DNA from: Candidatus Bilamarchaeum dharawalense
GTDB lineage: Archaea; Micrarchaeota; Micrarchaeia; Anstonellales; Bilamarchaeaceae
Direction: 5' to 3'
Length of the DNA: 64,000 bases
Assembly: GCA_902386555.1 (NCBI GenBank)
Contig: CABMJJ010000009.1
Coordinates: 345,870-409,869, forward strand
Position 1 is the stretch's first letter; every line of letters begins with the position of its first letter. The position numbers and the translations under genes are program-made. The notes below the pieces were generated by a model. That model saw nothing but the letters and a program-made list of their open reading frames with translations, searched no databases and was not told the origin of the DNA. Below are positions 18,055 through 29,556 of the stretch, one piece after another.

Positions 18055-20493
18055 ATGACTGAAAATATAATTCTAAGGACAATCGAATCGGACATGAAGG
18101 AAAGTTATTTGGACTACGCCATGTCGGTGATAATAGGTAGAGCCATACCAGATGCCAGGGACGGACTCAAACCAGTTCACCGAAGAATTCTGTTCACCAT
18201 GCATGAACTGGGCAATGTTTATGGAAAACCATTCAAGAAAAGTGCTCGTGTGGTTGGTGATTGTTTAGGTAAATACCACCCCCACGGAGATATGGCCATC
18301 TATGATTCTTTGGTCAGAATGGCCCAACCATTTTCTCTTCGTTATACTTTGGTAGACGGCCAGGGAAACATGGGATCGGTGGATGGAGACAATGCAGCTG
18401 CCATGAGATACACTGAAGTGAGAATGGCAAAGATAACTGCAGAACTTCTTACGGATATTGAAAAGGAAACAGTGAAATATGGGGATAATTTCGATGGGAC
18501 CATGAGAGAACCATTGGTACTTCCATCAAAAATTCCAAATCTGCTTATCAATGGGTCTTCGGGAATTGCAGTCGGTATGGCAACCAATATGCCACCTCAT
18601 AATCTAAATGAGATTGTGGATGCTACCATGGCATTTATCGATGGGGCTCCTGAAGATGAGTTAATAAAAATGGTCCAGGGTCCGGATTTCCCAACTGGAG
18701 GAACCATAGTTGGCAGGTCAGGTATACTGGAAGCATACAAAACAGGAAGAGGAAGTATAAAACTCAGAGCAAAGGTAGAAAAAGACCTGAAAAAAAATAC
18801 CCTTATCATAAGAGAAATCCCCTACCAGCTTACAAAAACAGCGCTCATTGAAACGATTGTAGAGGCAGTTAGAGAGAAAAAGATTGACGGAATTAGCGGG
18901 GTTCATGATCGATCAGATAAGGACGGTATGGAAGTTATTCTTGATCTTAAGAAAAATGCAGATCCGGATATTGTACTAAATCAGCTTTATGCTCACACCC
19001 AGATGCAGACCAGCTTTGGCATCATTAATTTAGCTATTGTAAACAACCAGCCGAAGGTAATGGGCCTTCATACCATGCTAGATGTTTTCGTTGAATTTAG
19101 AAAAGAGATTGTAAGAAAAAGAAGCGAATTTGAACTCAGGGAAGCCCAGGCCAGAGCTCATGTGCTCGAAGGACTTAGAATTGCATTGCAGAACATTGAT
19201 CCAATTGTCGACTTTTTGAGAAAATCAAAAAACATGGAAGAGGCAAGGGCAGGTTTGATGAAGAACTACTCGCTTAGCGAGATCCAAGCCAATGCAGTTC
19301 TTGACATGAAAATTTCGCGTTTAATCTCCTTGGAAAGGGAAAAAATTGAGACGGAATACGGCGAATTAATGAAAAAGATATCCTGGCTTAAGGATGTCCT
19401 GGCTGATGTTAAAAAAATACTTGAAATTATCAAAAATGAGCTTAAGGAAATTAAAGAAAAATACGGGGATGAAAGAAGAACAGAAATTGTAGAAGGCGAA
19501 GATGAAGTGGATATCGAATCCCTTATTCCAAATGATGAAGTGGTGGTGGTCATAAGCAACCGGGGCTATGTAAAACGAGTGGGATTGCAGGAATATCGTG
19601 CTCAACATCGTGGTGGTAAGGGGGTTATTGGTTCGGAAACAAAAGAAGAGGACTTTGTTCAGGATGTTATCATAACCAAAAACCACAATTATTTGTTGCT
19701 GTTCACTGACAAGGGAAGAGGATTCTGGCTCAAGGCCTATAGAATACCAGAGGGAAGCAGATATGCAACTGGTAAAACACTGGTAAGCATGCTTGACCTG
19801 AAGGAAGAAAAAATAACTTCATGGATTAGTGTGGAGAACTTTGATAGTGGTGAATACCTATCCATGATAACCAAAAACGGGATCATCAAGAGAACTGCAC
19901 TTGATAATTTTAGCAACGTTAGAAAGGTCGGGATTATAGCAATTACTCTTAAGGAAAATGATAGACTGGTTGAAGTGGTTAAAACCGATGGAAAACAGGA
20001 CCTGCTTATTGCAACCAAAAAAGGCCAGTGTATTAGATTCAAAGAAGAGGAAGCAAGAGAGATTGGTAGAACCGGTCAGGGTGTAATTGGAATTAGACTC
20101 AAGGAAAATGAAGATGAGGTTGTTGGAATTGCAACCTGTAAGCGACCAACTGTAATGACGGTAACAGAGAACGGTTTTGGTAAGAGAACGCACATTGATG
20201 AATACCGAGTCCAGGGTCGTGGCGGAACTGGGGTAATTAACATAAAAACAGAAGGTAGAAATGGCGATGTTATTGGCATCAGAACTGTTGAAGATGATGA
20301 TGAGATTATTGTTATGAGTTCCCAGGGCCAGGCAATCCGGACACCTGTGAATGGTATTTCGGTTATAGGAAGAAATACCCAGGGGGTAACAATAATAAAA
20401 CTAGACAAAGGGGAGAAGGTTGCGAGTTTTGCAGTTGTCCGAGGAGCTATTGAACAACCTAAACCTCCAACTGACCAGCCACCTTCACAATAA
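18055..20493 (+). CDS. gyrA: DNA gyrase subunit A
   Basis: [22 protein letters not shown] (catalytic Tyr), GyrA-box QHRGGKG and beta-pinwheel repeats. Confidence 0.98.
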   Translation: MTENIILRTIESDMKESYLDYAMSVIIGRAIPDARDGLKPVHRRILFTMHELGNVYGKPFKKSARVVGDCLGKYHPHGDMAIYDSLVRMAQPFSLRYTLVDGQGNMGSVDGDNAAAMRYTEVRMAKITAELLTDIEKETVKYGDNFDGTMREPLVLPSKIPNLLINGSSGIAVGMATNMPPHNLNEIVDATMAFIDGAPEDELIKMVQGPDFPTGGTIVGRSGILEAYKTGRGSIKLRAKVEKDLKKNTLIIREIPYQLTKTALIETIVEAVREKKIDGISGVHDRSDKDGMEVILDLKKNADPDIVLNQLYAHTQMQTSFGIINLAIVNNQPKVMGLHTMLDVFVEFRKEIVRKRSEFELREAQARAHVLEGLRIALQNIDPIVDFLRKSKNMEEARAGLMKNYSLSEIQANAVLDMKISRLISLEREKIETEYGELMKKISWLKDVLADVKKILEIIKNELKEIKEKYGDERRTEIVEGEDEVDIESLIPNDEVVVVISNRGYVKRVGLQEYRAQHRGGKGVIGSETKEEDFVQDVIITKNHNYLLLFTDKGRGFWLKAYRIPEGSRYATGKTLVSMLDLKEEKITSWISVENFDSGEYLSMITKNGIIKRTALDNFSNVRKVGIIAITLKENDRLVEVVKTDGKQDLLIATKKGQCIRFKEEEAREIGRTGQGVIGIRLKENEDEVVGIATCKRPTVMTVTENGFGKRTHIDEYRVQGRGGTGVINIKTEGRNGDVIGIRTVEDDDEIIVMSSQGQAIRTPVNGISVIGRNTQGVTIIKLDKGEKVASFAVVRGAIEQPKPPTDQPPSQ

Positions 20494-20953
20494 ATTTTAG
20501 TAATTCTTTTTTTGTTTTTGGATTCTTATTCCATTTTTTGACTAGTTCTTTGTGCTCAGACAGCTCCTGAACCAGTTGATCTGATTTTATATCGGGCCCA
20601 TTTAGCCGAGATAATATTTGAGAGGCTAATGGACAAAATCGGGTGTTGAGTTTACCTTGAACATTAAATGGATAGCGTCTGCAAGAAAGAGGGGCAAATT
20701 TGTGTATTTTGCATTGGTTCTTGGTGTTTAAAAAAACGCAGGGATGGGATTTCAGACCAAGAAGATAATAACCATAGTCGTCAGTGGTATCGAAAACATT
20801 GTCAGGATCATAGCTCAAGAGTCGTGGTTCGATAAGTGCAATAATGTTTTTTTCTTTGGATTTTTTTAGTATTCTAGCAAGATCGAAGAGGGTAATTGTT
20901 ATGGTATAGGTTCTGCAGCAGTCTGCTCTGCAAAAAATGCATGGATTTGGCAT
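20459..20953 (-). CDS. YkgJ/FliB-family cysteine-cluster protein
   Basis: [13 protein letters not shown]...[13 protein letters not shown]. Confidence 0.88.
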   Translation of the reverse strand: MPNPCIFCRADCCRTYTITITLFDLARILKKSKEKNIIALIEPRLLSYDPDNVFDTTDDYGYYLLGLKSHPCVFLNTKNQCKIHKFAPLSCRRYPFNVQGKLNTRFCPLASQILSRLNGPDIKSDQLVQELSEHKELVKKWNKNPKTKKELLKFIVKVAGQLEV

Positions 20954-21007
20954 GAGAGTTGTTTGGAGATTGGATTTTTAAAGAATATAGAAGAATAGAA
21001 ACCAGGC

Positions 21008-22216
21008 ATGACCAGTAGTTTAGAAACCCATGAAATGTGGCTAATTGCTAGGCATCACCCAGACGAATCCACACGAATAGAAGCTGGCCTTAGAATTATA
21101 AAAAGTCTAAATGACAACGAATTAATTCAAGCAATACATGACAGGGAATTACCATTCCAGATAAGGCTGGCTGCCACCAAATACACTGTAAGAAGATGGA
21201 TAGACCAGGAAGAATACCAAAAATTAGAAATCCTATTTGCTGGTTTGACAGAGGATATGCTTGCACACATCGTAAAAAGCGGATTACGAGATCTTGCACT
21301 TGTTGATGGCCATCTTATGCTGATAGGACAGTTCAATCAAATAGATGGTAGTGATCTTGATGTTCTTACAAGAATATCTAGAATAGTAATCTACCATGAA
21401 GATAAGGGATATCGTGCAATGGCAACAAAAAGACTGATAAGAGCCTGTGAGGATATTGCAAATTTTTCTGAAGAAGTAGTCAGGTTTCTTATTAATCTGG
21501 CAGAGGATGAAAGATTTTCCATTGATTTGAGAGTAGCTGCTGGAAATGCAGCTGTGGGATGGTTTGTGGATGAAGGGGGAAAGAACACTGAACTGGTGGC
21601 TCTTGGCAACAATCCAAGAGTACTTGGTGTTATCCAGGAACAGGCAGGAGATAGAAGAAATCATGAAACTGCGGATATGAACTACCTTGCACACATAGAC
21701 TTTATGTTAGATAGAGAACAGCTAACACCGGAAGAAGCGGGGTTTATGTATTTGGAATTTGCAGAAAGACAAACAACAACAGAAAAAGGCAACAGGGAAG
21801 CAACAAAGCGGTTTGATCATCTACGATCATGGGTAAGGGAAAAGGCAATACGAGATTTGGAACAGGAAAGAGCGGCCCAGGCGATAATGGAAGAAAGCAC
21901 AGTAAAACAGGACGAAGTATCTTCCATGACCAGGATATTAACAGAATATGTGCGATGTTGTGTTGGTCGCAATAGAGATATTGCCAAGTTTTTCCGTGCC
22001 TTGGGAGACGAGAGAGTCCCAGGAGAACTCAGGGAAAAAGCCAAAGAGATTGCACGCAGAACTGCCATTGCTGCTGCGGAAAGATATGGACTGGGACTTA
22101 TTAGTGGGCAACCCGTAGGAGAACTGGGCATTAGATTGGAGAGAATAGCAAGACCGAGTGAAGGAGAAAATAGAAATTCAAGATTAAGAAGAATACCGCC
22201 GGCAGGTCATGCATAG
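21008..22216 (+). CDS. Hypothetical alpha-helical (HEAT-like) orphan protein
   Basis: 402-aa ORF with a TATA box upstream. Recurrent helix-pair pattern (IRLAA, LRVAAGNA, LREKAKE). Confidence 0.65.
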   Translation: MTSSLETHEMWLIARHHPDESTRIEAGLRIIKSLNDNELIQAIHDRELPFQIRLAATKYTVRRWIDQEEYQKLEILFAGLTEDMLAHIVKSGLRDLALVDGHLMLIGQFNQIDGSDLDVLTRISRIVIYHEDKGYRAMATKRLIRACEDIANFSEEVVRFLINLAEDERFSIDLRVAAGNAAVGWFVDEGGKNTELVALGNNPRVLGVIQEQAGDRRNHETADMNYLAHIDFMLDREQLTPEEAGFMYLEFAERQTTTEKGNREATKRFDHLRSWVREKAIRDLEQERAAQAIMEESTVKQDEVSSMTRILTEYVRCCVGRNRDIAKFFRALGDERVPGELREKAKEIARRTAIAAAERYGLGLISGQPVGELGIRLERIARPSEGENRNSRLRRIPPAGHA

Positions 22217-23994
22217 CTGGAATCGCGTTTTTTGATTATCCTATCAACTTCGGCAGCATCCACCTGCAATCTGCATTTTTGCATTATTGTTTTCATGTCA
22301 TAGTTGTGCTCTGCCACTAGTTTTTCAAGAGCAGGACCAGTGATTTTTTGCAAACGGAAAACTTTTAGTACCGCTTCCACCCTGGCACCCTTGGCCATCC
22401 CCTTCAAAACATCTGGTATGGCAGCCTTAACAAAACTGTCTTTTTTATATTCGGCAAACATTTCAGTGAGGGTTTTTTCAAGATCAGTGAATTCAAACTC
22501 TTCTCTTCTCAAGGAAACAATGGTGTCCTCCAGTGTGGTGGCAACAAGCATTGGATCAGCGCCTTCCGAAACAAGCTTATCAAAAAGATGAAGATTTCGT
22601 GATTTTATCATTCTCCCTGCCATTTCCTTATTGAGAAGTTTTTCCAGACGAGATTTTTTCTCATCAAGAGATTCGCTCTTTTCAATTGAACTTAGAAGAT
22701 CTTTAGTAATTGGAATAGGAGGAACATCTGTTTCTGGATAGAGTCTTGCCCGACCGGGTAGCGGTCGCATGTAGGTAGAACTGCCATCTGGATTTGCTCT
22801 ACGCGTCTCTTCTGGAACATAATTCATATTGGCCCGTTCGATGGCATGGTGCATTGCCCGTTCTGCCTGAGTCTGTGGAGCGATAATAAGTACAAACGCA
22901 TCATCTTTTTCCATTTCCAGGAATTTTCTTATCCTGTCCTCTTCCTCACCTGAGATATAGTACTTGGCCATATCCTCATCGCTATGAATTATACCCTTAA
23001 CTCCTGCTCGCTTAGCATATTCACTAAGTTCTGATCCATATCTTTTTCCTTTTTGAATTTCAGTACCAAGAATACCTTTGTGGCCAGGGAATTTTTGAGC
23101 AAGAATGATACTGCCAGTTCTAATGCCCTGAGATAGTAAATTGGCATGGGTGTTCTTGAAAACAACAGTCACATCCTGTGCATTGAATTGAATGGGAATC
23201 GCTTTACGATTGCGCAGTTCTGCAAGAATTTTTATTAATTCGGTTTGACGGTGCACTTCATTTTCAACATAGGTGGCAAGCATTTTCAGATCCTGTGCTC
23301 CTTTTATTTCCACCCTGGCACCGCCCTCTGTTGAGATATTAACATCCTGACGGATTGTCCCCAGACCACGAGCAACCTTGGCAGTGGTACGAAGAATCAT
23401 ACCGATTTTTTCAGCAACTTCAGTAAGATGAGCTCCATCTTTGATATCAGGAGTGGTGTTAATTTCGATAAGTGGAACGCCAAGACGATCAAGTCTATAG
23501 GTTGCCTTTGACTCAGAATTGGAAACAATACCTGCGCTCTCTTCTTCCAGAGCAATAAGCGGGATGCCAATGGTACCCTTTGAACTGTCAAGATGGCCAT
23601 TCATTGCAATTATGGATGTTCGCTGAAAGCCAGAGGTATTGCTACCGTCAATAACCATTTTCCGCATAATGTGTACTTCATCAACTATGGTTGCATGAAA
23701 TTGAAGTGCAATTTGAAGAACAATTTTGAGTGCTTCGTCATTGAGCATATGGGGTGGCTCTTCATCAGTTTCCACAAGGCAATTGTTGGAATTGAAAACC
23801 TGATATTCGAACACCCGGTCCTTGGATGATTCAACTTGGGATGCTGCATCAATTTCGCCCAATTCGCTAAGAACCGGATGAAGTCTGCGTTGAACAGTAA
23901 TTTTCGGAATCTCATCTTCAGAAATATCTGAAGTGCAATCGCAGAATAGTTTTTTAGTGTCAAGGCGTTGATGAATCTCAATTCCAATCTTCAT
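22207..23994 (-). CDS. gatE: Glu-tRNA(Gln) amidotransferase subunit E
   Basis: GIEIHQRL, DEEPPH, IDGSNTSGFQRT, LDRLGVPLIEI, GTIRQDVN and RLYPETDVP motifs. Confidence 0.97.
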   Translation of the reverse strand: MKIGIEIHQRLDTKKLFCDCTSDISEDEIPKITVQRRLHPVLSELGEIDAASQVESSKDRVFEYQVFNSNNCLVETDEEPPHMLNDEALKIVLQIALQFHATIVDEVHIMRKMVIDGSNTSGFQRTSIIAMNGHLDSSKGTIGIPLIALEEESAGIVSNSESKATYRLDRLGVPLIEINTTPDIKDGAHLTEVAEKIGMILRTTAKVARGLGTIRQDVNISTEGGARVEIKGAQDLKMLATYVENEVHRQTELIKILAELRNRKAIPIQFNAQDVTVVFKNTHANLLSQGIRTGSIILAQKFPGHKGILGTEIQKGKRYGSELSEYAKRAGVKGIIHSDEDMAKYYISGEEEDRIRKFLEMEKDDAFVLIIAPQTQAERAMHHAIERANMNYVPEETRRANPDGSSTYMRPLPGRARLYPETDVPPIPITKDLLSSIEKSESLDEKKSRLEKLLNKEMAGRMIKSRNLHLFDKLVSEGADPMLVATTLEDTIVSLRREEFEFTDLEKTLTEMFAEYKKDSFVKAAIPDVLKGMAKGARVEAVLKVFRLQKITGPALEKLVAEHNYDMKTIMQKCRLQVDAAEVDRIIKKRDSSYA

Positions 23995-24020
23995 GCAGAA
24001 TCACCTAAGGAATTTTTTCA

Positions 24021-25328
24021 TTAATATCCCTCAAGATTTGAACGGGTGCTGATTTCACCGGCAATGTTGGTCATCATTAGTTTCTTCACTTCTTTCATAT
24101 CCTTTGTTTGTCCAAGCACCCAGCAAAGTTTGGTATATGCAGTTTCCGGAGTCCAATCTGCCCCGTCACCGATAACGCCTGCTTCCATAAGCAGCCTACC
24201 GGTGGTGTAAACACGCATACATATCCTACCGGAGATACATTGTGAACTCATGACAACAGGAATGCCGGACTGAACAAGTTCTTCGATTGGTTTCAAAACA
24301 CTGTTAACTGATTTGTCATTGAAAGCATTGGCAGCAACATGCCCAAGACCAGTCCCGATTAGAACCACTCCGTCGTAATCGCTGAGTTTTCTAAAAAATT
24401 CGGGTTTCATATTAGGATGGGAATAGATAAGTGCCACATTATCGTTGATGGATTTTTTTGCAATCAGACCATGATTATTACGTGGCATAAAATCAGATAA
24501 TTTGTCGAATTTTTTTGTGCGGTAATCCACTGCAAAAAGAGGGGATGAATCAATGGAACGGAAAGCATCTCTTGAGGAGGTGTGCATCTTTCTTACCCGG
24601 TTGCCGCGATGAAGATAACAAAAATCATCATTGGTACTGGCATGCATACAAACAGTTACTTCACCCAGGTCCTGGGATGCGGCAAAAACCGAGTTAAGCA
24701 TGTTCATCTCGTTTTCGCTGGAAGGTCGATCAGAACTGCGCTGAGAACCAACAAAAACAACTGGAACCGGAAGTTGTTGAAGCATGAAGCCTAATACTGA
24801 AGAGGTATAGGTCATGGTATCGGTTCCATGCATAACAACCACACCTTCGCTTCCATCTTTGATTTCTGCTTCAACAGAATCAGCAAGCAACTTCCAGTGA
24901 TGGGAATTCATATCTTCGGATAAGAGGGAGAAAATTTGTTTGGAATGTATGGACCAGTTTTTGAGTGCAGGAAATATCATCCTTAGCTCTTTTGGACTTA
25001 TGGAGGGAAAGACTGCACCAGTTTTATATTCTATTTTGGATGCAATGGTACCACCACAGCCAAGAATAGCAATACCTTCTTTGGATTCTGAATCCCCCCC
25101 ATCATTTGATTTTTTTAACTCGGCTTTGGCAACAAGTTCTATGGATTCTGGTTTTAGACCAGTGTTATAACCACTATCTAGTTTTAGAACAATAAGATTG
25201 GGATCGCCTGATGATGGTCTGGGCATTAGCAACCCCTCGAATTCGCCAGTGACTGTACGAACCCGAATCCGATCACCAATGCTGATCTTTTTCTCGTTGA
25301 TTTCTTTGGTTATTTTTGATGAATACAT
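24021..25328 (-). CDS. gatD: Glu-tRNA(Gln) amidotransferase subunit D
   Basis: KLDSGYN, GGTIAS, HGTDT, QRSSDRPSS and RKMHTS motifs; adjacent to gatE. Confidence 0.97.
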   Translation of the reverse strand: MYSSKITKEINEKKISIGDRIRVRTVTGEFEGLLMPRPSSGDPNLIVLKLDSGYNTGLKPESIELVAKAELKKSNDGGDSESKEGIAILGCGGTIASKIEYKTGAVFPSISPKELRMIFPALKNWSIHSKQIFSLLSEDMNSHHWKLLADSVEAEIKDGSEGVVVMHGTDTMTYTSSVLGFMLQQLPVPVVFVGSQRSSDRPSSENEMNMLNSVFAASQDLGEVTVCMHASTNDDFCYLHRGNRVRKMHTSSRDAFRSIDSSPLFAVDYRTKKFDKLSDFMPRNNHGLIAKKSINDNVALIYSHPNMKPEFFRKLSDYDGVVLIGTGLGHVAANAFNDKSVNSVLKPIEELVQSGIPVVMSSQCISGRICMRVYTTGRLLMEAGVIGDGADWTPETAYTKLCWVLGQTKDMKEVKKLMMTNIAGEISTRSNLEGY

Positions 25329-25333
25329 AAAAC

Positions 25334-28300
25334 CTACTCTTCTATTTTGAAAATTCTTACTGCACCATCGGGTGATGTGTAAACCAGCTTGAACCCGGGA
25401 ATATTACCAAGGAACATTGCGTGATAGAGGTTAGAATCGTAAAATTTGCCTTTTCGGTCTTCATACCCGGATTTCACAACACCATTATCAAGCCAGATGG
25501 GATCGTTGGTGTAGATGAGCGTAGCCTGGGTTACTGTTCCAAGATGGATTGTTGGTAGTTGGGCAGGTAATGCAAGCTGGGCCTTGTTTAGTTTAAGATC
25601 GCCATTGGGATAGGTCTCGTTTAGATAGAATGTGGTTGGAGTTTTTTGTCCATTTACCAATGTGGTTTCACCAACACAGTAGGTTGGAACTACCTGGTAG
25701 ACCATTCTACACTGATCTGCGATTTGTGAGTTTGCTGGTTGCATACAATCAGAAGGATAGTAGGGTAGAGTAATATCGCCCACTTTCAACTTATAGGCAG
25801 TCAGACCGGTTTTGTTTGTAAGTGAGGAGATGGTACAGGGAATTTGCGAAACGAATATGGTTTCCCAAAGATGCTCGGCTTCGCAGACCGATTCTCCTGG
25901 TTGTTTAAGAACAGTGGTTTCGTTATCTCTGGCGCAGGAAAGATAATTTAATGCGCCATACTTACCCCCAAGAGAATTGCCACCTGAGATGAGTTCCACA
26001 TCAAAAAGTGCATATTTGCTGTCATGGGCAATCATCCAGTCTTTTAGTTGCTGGGGAGTAGCATCAAGATAACCATGGGCAACATCACCAATCATTTTAT
26101 GAGAAGCATGCTCATTTCTTACAACAGCATTCCTTTCTCCAAAAAAGTTTATCCAGTGGCCATAGTACCACCAGGAGACTATTCTGGCACCTGGTTCAGT
26201 ATTATTTTTTATCCATTCCATTGAGTTGATCCAATAGTCACTTAGTCTGGTGCAACGAAGATAGGTGGCCTGAGGTTCCCAAAACGGTGCTGTGCTTGGG
26301 CTTTGCAGATAGGTTGGATTGGAAAACATGGAAAGCATGCATAATTTTTGATCATATTGGAAATTCGTACCCTGACTCGCATAGCCCATCGGATCCTTGG
26401 CTGCGGCACAAACATCTCCGTCATTGGTAACAGAACAAAGAACAGAAAATTTAGCTGCCAATGCATCTGGATTATTCTGGAATGTTGTTTGAAGAGAGCC
26501 CCAAAGAAGAGAAGGAGCAAGACCCATGTGAGCAAATTGAAGTATTACAAATAACGCCCCGATTATCAGTACAAACGATTGGGGGAATTTTTTTACTACC
26601 CCGTGATGCTTCGGGTCCTCAAATACTTTCCCCACCTGCCCAAGGGTTACTCCTATTGCAATGGCAAAGAGAACAGCTGCGTAGATTGTATATTTTGCTT
26701 TGAGCAAACCAACAACAAATGGTGGAAGAATGATGGCAAGGAAAAACAAGAATAGCCCGTCATCTTCTTTTTTAATAAATCTAAAAAGTGCATAAACAAT
26801 GGAAAGTAGATAGAGGAAGAACCAGAATAGGAGGAGACTGACATCCTTATCATTATAGGAAATACCAGTGTTAAGTGTAAGGTTCACTGCAGAAACAAAA
26901 AGATAGAGCACGAGATTTGAGATTAAAGAGAATGGAATGAGAATGAGGAACGCAAGTGCATTGAAAAAGTTGGGTATACTATCCAATGTTTTTGGAAATG
27001 AGTACTCCTGAGCGATAAAACCAATTTGACCGCCAAACGCTGTTGGAGCAACGCCCTGTTCGGCAATTGTTCTATCAAGAGGGGCATTGTACTGGGCTAT
27101 TTGAAACGTTGCACGCCCAACTTCTTTTATATGTTCACCAAATGGAGAAACATAAACCACCAATCCAAGAATAAGAATTGCGCCTAGTGCAACGATCTGT
27201 TGTTCTTTGGGTAGCTTTTGTTTAACAAGATAAAGAACTCCGGAAAAAAGGATGGGTATGGCAAACGTCAAGGCGTTGCTAAGAGAAATTGTTCCGACTT
27301 CGAAAAGGGATTTCACTATTGCCGAACCAATGAATACACCAAGAACGAAGATAATTCCATTAACAGTTAGCAGATGTTTGAGCCCTTCGTGATCATCATC
27401 TCTCAGGAAGAAGAGGATGGATTGAGCGATGGTGAATAAAAGAACCCCAACCAATGCAAGTACCTGGGAGCTGCTGCCAAGACCCAATGCGATCCAGGCT
27501 AGGCTTGCAAGAATGGGAAATATTATTTCCTTACGCCGAAGCGAGATCACATACATTGCATAGAAAAAGAATAGAGCAAAAAAAGCATAGGGCTGAACTT
27601 CCTGCTCGCCTGAAGCCAATTTATATATGAAAATCGGTATGAAAGTTGCGAGTCCAGCAGTAATTAAACCAAATTCTCTCTTTGTTACTGCTGAAACGAG
27701 TAGATAGATGAAGAAAACAGCTAGAACTGCGGCTATTGGTGGATACATGGATGCGATAACAGACAACAGCATATTGTCATAGGCACCACCACCAGTGTAA
27801 AGAGTGTACCAGGTTGATTCAAGATAGGATATGGCTGGGATATCCCTGTGGCTAACAGTGACTTCCGGGTACCAGGCAGTGGTATCATTGAACGGATTTT
27901 CACCAACGGTAAGTAGTTGGGTTGACATGTAGGTATAATAATAGGGGTCCAGTTCCATGAAAATTGGACCGTAGGACCCGATTCTGACCAAATAGGTAAT
28001 TACAAGTATCACCAGAAGTGCGATGGAGATCAAATGTTCCGTTGACACTTCAAATAAATTCCCTTTTTCAGGTTTCAGAATAGTAAGGTCCGGGAATGTT
28101 ATATTCTCATAAACTTTATTTTTAACAAAAAATGCAAATGCCATCAGATAGAGAAGTCCGACTGCGAATAGTGCAATGGTATAGGAATATTTTATTCCTA
28201 AAAATAAATATAGTAGAAATGGTATCAATGGCAGTAAAACAAAACCAAGAGCAAAACCGATGAATAATTTTTCTATAAAATTAAATTCATCCTTGCGGAA

Positions 28301-28399
28301 AATTGAGAAGGACAAGATTGCCCCAGGTAAAAAAGAAGAAACAAATAACCATCCTAGAAATACCAGTAGATCAAAAGATAGAAACACAAATTTCACCAA
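25334..28399 (-). CDS. aglB: Oligosaccharyltransferase AglB/STT3 family with a non-canonical WWYYG motif
   Basis: ELDPYY, TIAE, many TM helices, and WIKNNT...SWWYYGHW at the WWDYG position. Confidence 0.85.
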   Translation of the reverse strand: MVKFVFLSFDLLVFLGWLFVSSFLPGAILSFSIFRKDEFNFIEKLFIGFALGFVLLPLIPFLLYLFLGIKYSYTIALFAVGLLYLMAFAFFVKNKVYENITFPDLTILKPEKGNLFEVSTEHLISIALLVILVITYLVRIGSYGPIFMELDPYYYTYMSTQLLTVGENPFNDTTAWYPEVTVSHRDIPAISYLESTWYTLYTGGGAYDNMLLSVIASMYPPIAAVLAVFFIYLLVSAVTKREFGLITAGLATFIPIFIYKLASGEQEVQPYAFFALFFFYAMYVISLRRKEIIFPILASLAWIALGLGSSSQVLALVGVLLFTIAQSILFFLRDDDHEGLKHLLTVNGIIFVLGVFIGSAIVKSLFEVGTISLSNALTFAIPILFSGVLYLVKQKLPKEQQIVALGAILILGLVVYVSPFGEHIKEVGRATFQIAQYNAPLDRTIAEQGVAPTAFGGQIGFIAQEYSFPKTLDSIPNFFNALAFLILIPFSLISNLVLYLFVSAVNLTLNTGISYNDKDVSLLLFWFFLYLLSIVYALFRFIKKEDDGLFLFFLAIILPPFVVGLLKAKYTIYAAVLFAIAIGVTLGQVGKVFEDPKHHGVVKKFPQSFVLIIGALFVILQFAHMGLAPSLLWGSLQTTFQNNPDALAAKFSVLCSVTNDGDVCAAAKDPMGYASQGTNFQYDQKLCMLSMFSNPTYLQSPSTAPFWEPQATYLRCTRLSDYWINSMEWIKNNTEPGARIVSWWYYGHWINFFGERNAVVRNEHASHKMIGDVAHGYLDATPQQLKDWMIAHDSKYALFDVELISGGNSLGGKYGALNYLSCARDNETTVLKQPGESVCEAEHLWETIFVSQIPCTISSLTNKTGLTAYKLKVGDITLPYYPSDCMQPANSQIADQCRMVYQVVPTYCVGETTLVNGQKTPTTFYLNETYPNGDLKLNKAQLALPAQLPTIHLGTVTQATLIYTNDPIWLDNGVVKSGYEDRKGKFYDSNLYHAMFLGNIPGFKLVYTSPDGAVRIFKIEE

Positions 28400-28401
28400 A
28401 T

Positions 28402-29496
28402 TTAAAGATATTCAAGCTCGTCGCTACTTCTCCCAAATCCTGATGAACCTTCATCGGAATGTTCAGGCCCCTTACCCAAAATGTATGGTGATTTGACACC
28501 AGTTATTATGGCAGTCACGCTGATTGCGTCTCTTTGAGTTGGACTGATACGTGCACCGATTTTTATGTTGGCACTTTCATCAAAACTTTTTGTGACCAAT
28601 TCTCCTGCTTTGATCGCATCACCCAAAGTAAGATCAGGACCGCCTTCAATGTGCAATAAACAACCTTTTGCACCCTCATAGTTTACATCAAGTAGTGGGT
28701 GTTCCAATGTGTCCTTGGCAACATCTTCGATCTTTGTATGTCCAGAACCATGGCCAAGAGAGATCATTGAAAGGCCGCCGTTTTCCATAACAGTTTTTAC
28801 ATCGGCATAGTCCACATTCATAAGACTTGGGAATATGATGGTGTCAGAAATACCAGTCACTGCTCGTGTAGTTATTGAATCTGCAAGCTCAAATGCCTTG
28901 TTAATTGGAAGATTTGGAGCGTAGGCTGCAAGACGATTGTTGTCAATTACAACCACCGTATCACAAACTTTTACCAGTTCTTGTAAGGAGTGTTGTGCTT
29001 TCTTTATTCTAACTCTTTCTAGAGCAAATGGATAGGTAACCATTGCAACTACTATTGCACCCTGTTCTTTTGCAATCTGTGCGATCACAGGTGCGGCACC
29101 TCCACCAGTACCACCACCCATACCAGCGCAGAGGAAAACTAATTCGTTTTCACCGATTTCTTTTTTCAGAAGATCGCGATCTGCATCTGCACATTTTTTT
29201 GCAATCGCGATATCACCGCCAGCACCAAGACCGCGTGTAATGGTTTTTCCAATAAGTATTTTTTTGTGTGCCCCTATCATGTTCAAATGCTTACCGTCAG
29301 TATTAATGGCAATTGTTTTGGCACTTTTGATATCCCCATTATAAATTCTGTTTACGCAGTTGCAACCTGCACCACCCACACCTAAGACTGCAATCCTAAC
29401 TTGAGATGGTTCGCTGTCTTCCTTGGTTGGAGCTGTTGGCTGCGGGTTTCCTTCTTTTGCAGCTTTAATTATGTCATCGAACATTAGATCGACCAC
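28402..29496 (-). CDS. ftsZ: Cell division protein FtsZ
   Basis: GVGGAGCN, INTD, GLGAGG, AGMGGGTGGG, PFALE, IDNN and NVDYADV motifs. Confidence 0.96.
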   Translation of the reverse strand: MVDLMFDDIIKAAKEGNPQPTAPTKEDSEPSQVRIAVLGVGGAGCNCVNRIYNGDIKSAKTIAINTDGKHLNMIGAHKKILIGKTITRGLGAGGDIAIAKKCADADRDLLKKEIGENELVFLCAGMGGGTGGGAAPVIAQIAKEQGAIVVAMVTYPFALERVRIKKAQHSLQELVKVCDTVVVIDNNRLAAYAPNLPINKAFELADSITTRAVTGISDTIIFPSLMNVDYADVKTVMENGGLSMISLGHGSGHTKIEDVAKDTLEHPLLDVNYEGAKGCLLHIEGGPDLTLGDAIKAGELVTKSFDESANIKIGARISPTQRDAISVTAIITGVKSPYILGKGPEHSDEGSSGFGRSSDELEYL

Positions 29497-29556
29497 CGTT
29501 CACAAATAGATCAGAGTGATTATGCAGATAACTTTTATATACCTAAGGAATTTCCT

